In this document: in pieces, positions 59,780 to 64,000 of the stretch | Position numbering within the stretch: the first letter of the stretch is position 1 | Layout of the letters: each line of letters starts with the position of its first letter | Assembly (NCBI GenBank): GCA_963662285.2 | Contig: CAXXMV010000006.1 | Span: 608,001 to 672,000 of the forward strand | Length of the DNA stretch: 64,000 bases | Source of the DNA: a bacterium | GTDB lineage: Bacteria; Hinthialibacterota; Hinthialibacteria; Hinthialibacterales; Hinthialibacteraceae | Direction: 5' to 3' | The notes under the pieces: model-generated | Told to the model about the DNA's origin: nothing | What the model saw: the letters and a program-made list of their open reading frames with translations, nothing else | The model's database searches: none | Made by a program: the position numbers and the translations under genes

Positions 59780-61324
59780 TCATGTATTCTTCTTATAATA
59801 ATCAATAATCTCCTCGCGGTGACTCAGATCTGATGAGGGTACATTGGGTTGATTGATTTGCGGGGCGTTATGATCTACGAATGTTTTTTTCTGACGATAC
59901 TCTTCCGGTTGCCAGGCATTGATTGAATCCGTCAGTTTTTTGATTTCAGCTTTATATTTTGGATTATCATATTGGTTATTCATTTCCAATGGATCTTTTT
60001 GGAGGTCGAAGAACAGGTTCGGGGCATTTTTACGACCTGACTGGATCAGTTTGTGGGTTTTAGTACGAGCCATGACGCTTGTTCTGCCGCTGAAGATTGT
60101 TTCATGACCGGAGTTTGGGCTGTTTAAATCGAATCCCTTCATGCTGATACCCGGTTTGATTCCAGCCGAGGACAGAATGGTTGGCGCCAGGTCGATATTA
60201 TTTACCAGATTTTTGGAAACTGTTCCCGCCTTAAAACTGCCGGGATTCTTGATGATCAAAGGAACCTTGGCCAGGGGATCGTACAAATAATTACCCTTCA
60301 ACAGCATGTGGTGAAATCCCAGATATTCTCCATGGTCGCTGGTGAAAATAATCATAGTATCATCATACATATTTCTCTTTTTCAGCAGTTTAATTATGTT
60401 TCCAATTTGGGCATCGATATGGGATATGGTGGCGTAATAATAGGCCATCACCTTGCGTAAGGCCTTTTTGTTGAGGGTTTTGTTATCAAAATAGCCTTTG
60501 CTGTATTGATAATCATATTCCAGGCAGTCTTCCGTCCAGCCGGGAAGAAGGTTCATTTTGTCAGGATCATACATCTCATTCCAGGGAGCGGGTGGATCAA
60601 AGGGATGATGCGGTTTGATGAATCCAACCATTAGTAAATTGGGAGATGACTCATCCCAACCGTTAATATCTTCAGCCGCCCTATTTCCTACCCAGGTTGT
60701 TGAGTGGTCGGTTTCTTTCAGGTTGGAAACCATTGCTCCGAAACTATCCCGGTATTCCTGAGGTGCGTTTTTACGGTATTCACTGCGCTGGTCAACCAGA
60801 TCATTGCGGTCTACCAAACCATGTTTCATCAGATAGCGGTGATAGTCATCATCCCACCGGCCCGGGCCATCCTGTTCAGACAGGGTCATCTTGTCAAAAC
60901 CGACATCCAGATAGGTGGGAGTGAAATGCATTTTACCGACGGCGCTGGTTTTATATCCTGCTGAACGTAATTGTTTGGGGAATGTATCGATGTCTGGTGA
61001 AAGCGTGCTCCGGTTGTTGAATCCTCCGTGTTGATGGACATACTGGCCGGAAATCAAGGAATAGCGGGATGGCGTGCAAACCGGATATGGGCAAAAACTG
61101 TTCTCGTATTGCACTCCATCGGCTGCCAGTTTATCGATATTAGGGGTTAGCACATCCCGGTTGCCGCAAACCCCTAAACAATCATGGCGATGCTGGTCGA
61201 CATGGAGTAACAGGATATTAGGTTTCTTTTGATCCTGCGTTCTTCCAATTTGGACGCTGGATAGAGACAGGGCGCCTAAACCAGTGTTTCTTATAAAATC
61301 GCGGCGTGAGAATTGGTCTCTCAT
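59780..61324 (-). CDS. Tat-exported sulfatase (choline-sulfatase-like)
   Basis: SRRDFI; PNILLLHVDQHR, CTPSRYS, GKMH, PHHP, SDHG. Confidence 0.92.
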   Translation of the reverse strand: MRDQFSRRDFIRNTGLGALSLSSVQIGRTQDQKKPNILLLHVDQHRHDCLGVCGNRDVLTPNIDKLAADGVQYENSFCPYPVCTPSRYSLISGQYVHQHGGFNNRSTLSPDIDTFPKQLRSAGYKTSAVGKMHFTPTYLDVGFDKMTLSEQDGPGRWDDDYHRYLMKHGLVDRNDLVDQRSEYRKNAPQEYRDSFGAMVSNLKETDHSTTWVGNRAAEDINGWDESSPNLLMVGFIKPHHPFDPPAPWNEMYDPDKMNLLPGWTEDCLEYDYQYSKGYFDNKTLNKKALRKVMAYYYATISHIDAQIGNIIKLLKKRNMYDDTMIIFTSDHGEYLGFHHMLLKGNYLYDPLAKVPLIIKNPGSFKAGTVSKNLVNNIDLAPTILSSAGIKPGISMKGFDLNSPNSGHETIFSGRTSVMARTKTHKLIQSGRKNAPNLFFDLQKDPLEMNNQYDNPKYKAEIKKLTDSINAWQPEEYRQKKTFVDHNAPQINQPNVPSSDLSHREEIIDYYKKNT

Positions 61325-61574
61325 AATGGCTTTTTCCCTTTTATATAAATAAATTGCCTACGGATTGATTAACCTTATTACATTATGCCATTAATTATAG
61401 AGGAAATCTATCATACCTTAGGAGAAATTAGATGGTAGACGTAGGTTGATATTTGGTGGCTACGCTTCGCTTTTAGCCTACCCTGTTGCCTGCTGCTCAA
61501 TGCATTGACATATAATGTCGGTTTATGAGATTATTGGGTTATATAAAAATCCATAGAAATGATTGGGGACAATT

Positions 61575-62810
61575 ATGAGACGATTTATCCTTGCTATGCT
61601 TTTTGTTTTTTGTTCTTCTATTATTCATGCCGCATCGTTGGACTCTCTGGATGCTTTTTGCGGTAAGTATCGTTTAAATGATTTGCTTATTACTATCGCG
61701 CAAGAAGAGGAAAAACTTATTTTTTCCACTCCGTTTATACCAGTAGGATTCCCACTCACCCGTCAATCTGAAACAGTCTTTAATAACGATAACGTCCCTA
61801 TCCTGAATATACCTTTTCAAATCGAATTCAAGAAAGATGAAAATGGCGTATTCCAATCAATGGTATTTAACTTCCAAAACCGGGAGCACACCGCTCAACG
61901 AATGATAATGGGCAACTGGCAGGGCGCCTTTGAATCCGGGCCATACAAGGACCGCGCATTGAACGCCAAGGTTATCGCTTATGGCCAGGGCAAATATCAT
62001 GCGGCTTTTATTATGGATGATAAGACGCGCCTTGAGATTCCAGGCGCCAAAAATCAAAGCAAGACTATCTTCGAGGGAAAAACTGAACTGGCTAAATCCT
62101 ATAACATCAAAGCGGAAATTATTAGCGGACAATTTACGGGAACGCTTAAAGTTGATGATGCTGAATCCAAGTTCAGCCTGCGCCAGGTATTTTTATCATC
62201 ACCAACTCTCGGAATGAAACCTCCTGAAGATGCTGTTGTTTTACTATCAAACAAGAAGACGCCTGATGCTGAACAGTTGCTGAAATATGAATGGAATATC
62301 GCGCCTCATTGGCAATTGGATGACAATGGCGCCATCCGCATTGCAGGCAGCAGCATAAGCACCAAACGAAAATTCGGCGACGCCCAAATTCACCTCGAAT
62401 TCAAGACTCCCTTCATGCCCAACGACCGGGGACAGGCGCGGGGCAACAGCGGCGTCTATATCCAAGAGCGTTATGAGATTCAGGTTCTGGACAGTTTCGG
62501 GCTTGAAGTCAAAGACAATTTATGCGGCGGAATCTACAAATTCGCCGTACCAACCGCCGACGTTTGCCTCCCACCATTGGAATGGCAAACCTACGATATA
62601 ACCTTCAAGGCCCCCCGCTCCGACCAGAATGGAAACATAATCAAAGCCGCCGTTATCACTGTCAAACACAACGGAACCATTATCCATGATAATGTTTTGC
62701 TGAATTATGGCGCCAATAGCAACCTGCCCCTGACAGGCTCAATCCTCCTACAAGACCACAGCATGGACCGCGTGTCTTACCGCAACATGTGGGTTGTTCC
62801 ATTGGATTAA
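61575..62810 (+). CDS. Secreted DUF1080 domain protein with N-terminal extension
   Basis: MRRFIL signal peptide; IHLEF..P, GQARGNSGVY...YEIQVLDS, WQTYDITF, LQDH. Confidence 0.85.
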   Translation: MRRFILAMLFVFCSSIIHAASLDSLDAFCGKYRLNDLLITIAQEEEKLIFSTPFIPVGFPLTRQSETVFNNDNVPILNIPFQIEFKKDENGVFQSMVFNFQNREHTAQRMIMGNWQGAFESGPYKDRALNAKVIAYGQGKYHAAFIMDDKTRLEIPGAKNQSKTIFEGKTELAKSYNIKAEIISGQFTGTLKVDDAESKFSLRQVFLSSPTLGMKPPEDAVVLLSNKKTPDAEQLLKYEWNIAPHWQLDDNGAIRIAGSSISTKRKFGDAQIHLEFKTPFMPNDRGQARGNSGVYIQERYEIQVLDSFGLEVKDNLCGGIYKFAVPTADVCLPPLEWQTYDITFKAPRSDQNGNIIKAAVITVKHNGTIIHDNVLLNYGANSNLPLTGSILLQDHSMDRVSYRNMWVVPLD

Positions 62811-62829
62811 TAATGCATGGTTAATCAGG

Positions 62830-62859
62830 CAGAGTGGGCTGAATGTATAGCCCACTCTG
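62830..62859 (+). terminator. Hairpin, possible terminator
   Basis: CAGAGTGGGCT...AGCCCACTCTG, weak T tail. Confidence 0.45.
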
Positions 62860-62962
62860 TAATAATGTTACCTACAAAAACCAAGGCTTCCAGTTTACAA
62901 CACACCATATTTCATGAGATATTAGATCATTACTGATCTGTTTCTTAAAGGAGATATGGGAT

Positions 62963-64000
62963 ATGTGTTCTTCAGATGATAAACATAGTGGATGTTGTTC
63001 GCGGCGTACTTTTTTGAATACGGCCGCCGGGGCTTCGGTGGGGGGAGTTTTATTGTCGTCCGGGCTTATAGCCAGCAGCGCCTGGGGTGGTGAGACCATT
63101 AAGCCATGCGGTCCGGCGTCTAAATATACAACTACGCTGAAAGCGGCTTTTGTGCGACGTAAGGAAGAGTATGGCATGTGGTGGCCCGGGCAGGTTTATG
63201 ACGGCAAATCGGCTCTGGAAAACTATAAAGAACAGATCATCAAGACGGCTCAGTCTTTAGGCATGAAACTGGACCTGCGTTCCGAACCGATCTATTCGGA
63301 AGAAGAAGCCGATCAATGGACATCGCAGGCCGCGCAGCAGAAACCTGACGGTCTGCTGTTGGTCATGATGGACCGCCAGCAACATGCATGGCCCACCGCC
63401 CGCAAGACGGCTGAGCTGGGCATCCCGACAGTTATCTTCTCTCCCGTCGGAACGTCGTTTACCACCAACACAGATTATTTCGCCAACCGCAAAGGCGTGT
63501 TCGTAAGTTCGACCTCCGATTTCAGCCAGGCGGCGTTTGGTATGAAAATGATCAAAGCTAACGCCAAACTACGCGAGACGCGCTACATCGTCATCAAAGG
63601 CGAGGAACGCAGAGACGCGCAGATAGCCGGCATCGGAACAAGTTTACGCTACATACCCGCCAACACTTTTGCTGAGATATACAACCAGACTCCAGTGACC
63701 AAGGAAGTCAAGCAAATCGCCAGCGAATACCTGCGCAGAGCAAAGAAGGTACATAAGGCCAGTAAGCAGGATGTGATCAATGGCGTTAAGAGTTATGTCG
63801 TGGCGCGCACCATCCTGGAGCGTGAGGAGGGCGACGCGATCACCATGGATTGCCTGGGGGCGTTGCACGATAAGCCTATCAGCCTGCCCTGCATCTCCTG
63901 GTCGCGTATGCTCGATCATGGCATCCCCGCCGCATGTGAGGCCGATCTGGGCGCCGCGGTTACTCATGCGCTGGTTCAATATCTATTCGACCGCCCGGGA
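62963..64000 (+). CDS. Tat-exported protein, distantly L-fucose/L-arabinose-isomerase-like; truncated by the window end and absent from the ORF track
   Basis: AAGGAG RBS; MCSSDDKHSGCCSRRTFLNTAAG; open to the end; DAITMDCLG...PCISWSRMLDHGIPAACEAD. Confidence 0.7.
   Translation, partial: MCSSDDKHSGCCSRRTFLNTAAGASVGGVLLSSGLIASSAWGGETIKPCGPASKYTTTLKAAFVRRKEEYGMWWPGQVYDGKSALENYKEQIIKTAQSLGMKLDLRSEPIYSEEEADQWTSQAAQQKPDGLLLVMMDRQQHAWPTARKTAELGIPTVIFSPVGTSFTTNTDYFANRKGVFVSSTSDFSQAAFGMKMIKANAKLRETRYIVIKGEERRDAQIAGIGTSLRYIPANTFAEIYNQTPVTKEVKQIASEYLRRAKKVHKASKQDVINGVKSYVVARTILEREEGDAITMDCLGALHDKPISLPCISWSRMLDHGIPAACEADLGAAVTHALVQYLFDRPG

Noticed and set aside
62872-63979. Minus-strand ORFs 62872-63177 and 63644-63979
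   Set aside because: Antisense shadows of the plus-strand Tat protein starting at 62963.

Overview
Bacterial chromosomal window of about 45 CDSs. It is rich in Tat/Sec-exported sulfatases, DUF1080, DUF362, FG-GAP/CRTAC1 and PQQ-type propeller proteins, a repertoire resembling Planctomycetota-like or candidate-phylum polysaccharide degraders (taxon is inference only). Housekeeping genes include rpoD, aroE/aroK, lnt, yacG, rlmN, cysE, galU and galT. Two intact IS elements are present: an IS5-family element at 38991-40750 (TA flanks) and an IS481-family element at 46009-47515 (GGGAG target duplication). Both are inserted into members of several intergenic REP/MITE-like repeat families. The most unusual signals are: (1) a multi-stem structured non-coding region starting right after the stop codon of the IS481 transposase, in an element that landed precisely in a REP hairpin; (2) a sigma54-promoter-driven REC/lysine-less GcvH-like/pseudo-REC protein beside an orphan NtrC-type activator; (3) a TetR with COQ9-like C-terminus coupled to a COQ8/UbiB kinase; (4) a DnaD-like plus DnaC/DnaI-like pair among core genes; (5) a galT / IMPase-like / plant L-arabinokinase-like operon. 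No rRNA, tRNA or CRISPR array was recognised. All product calls come from motif recognition by eye; no database search was run.
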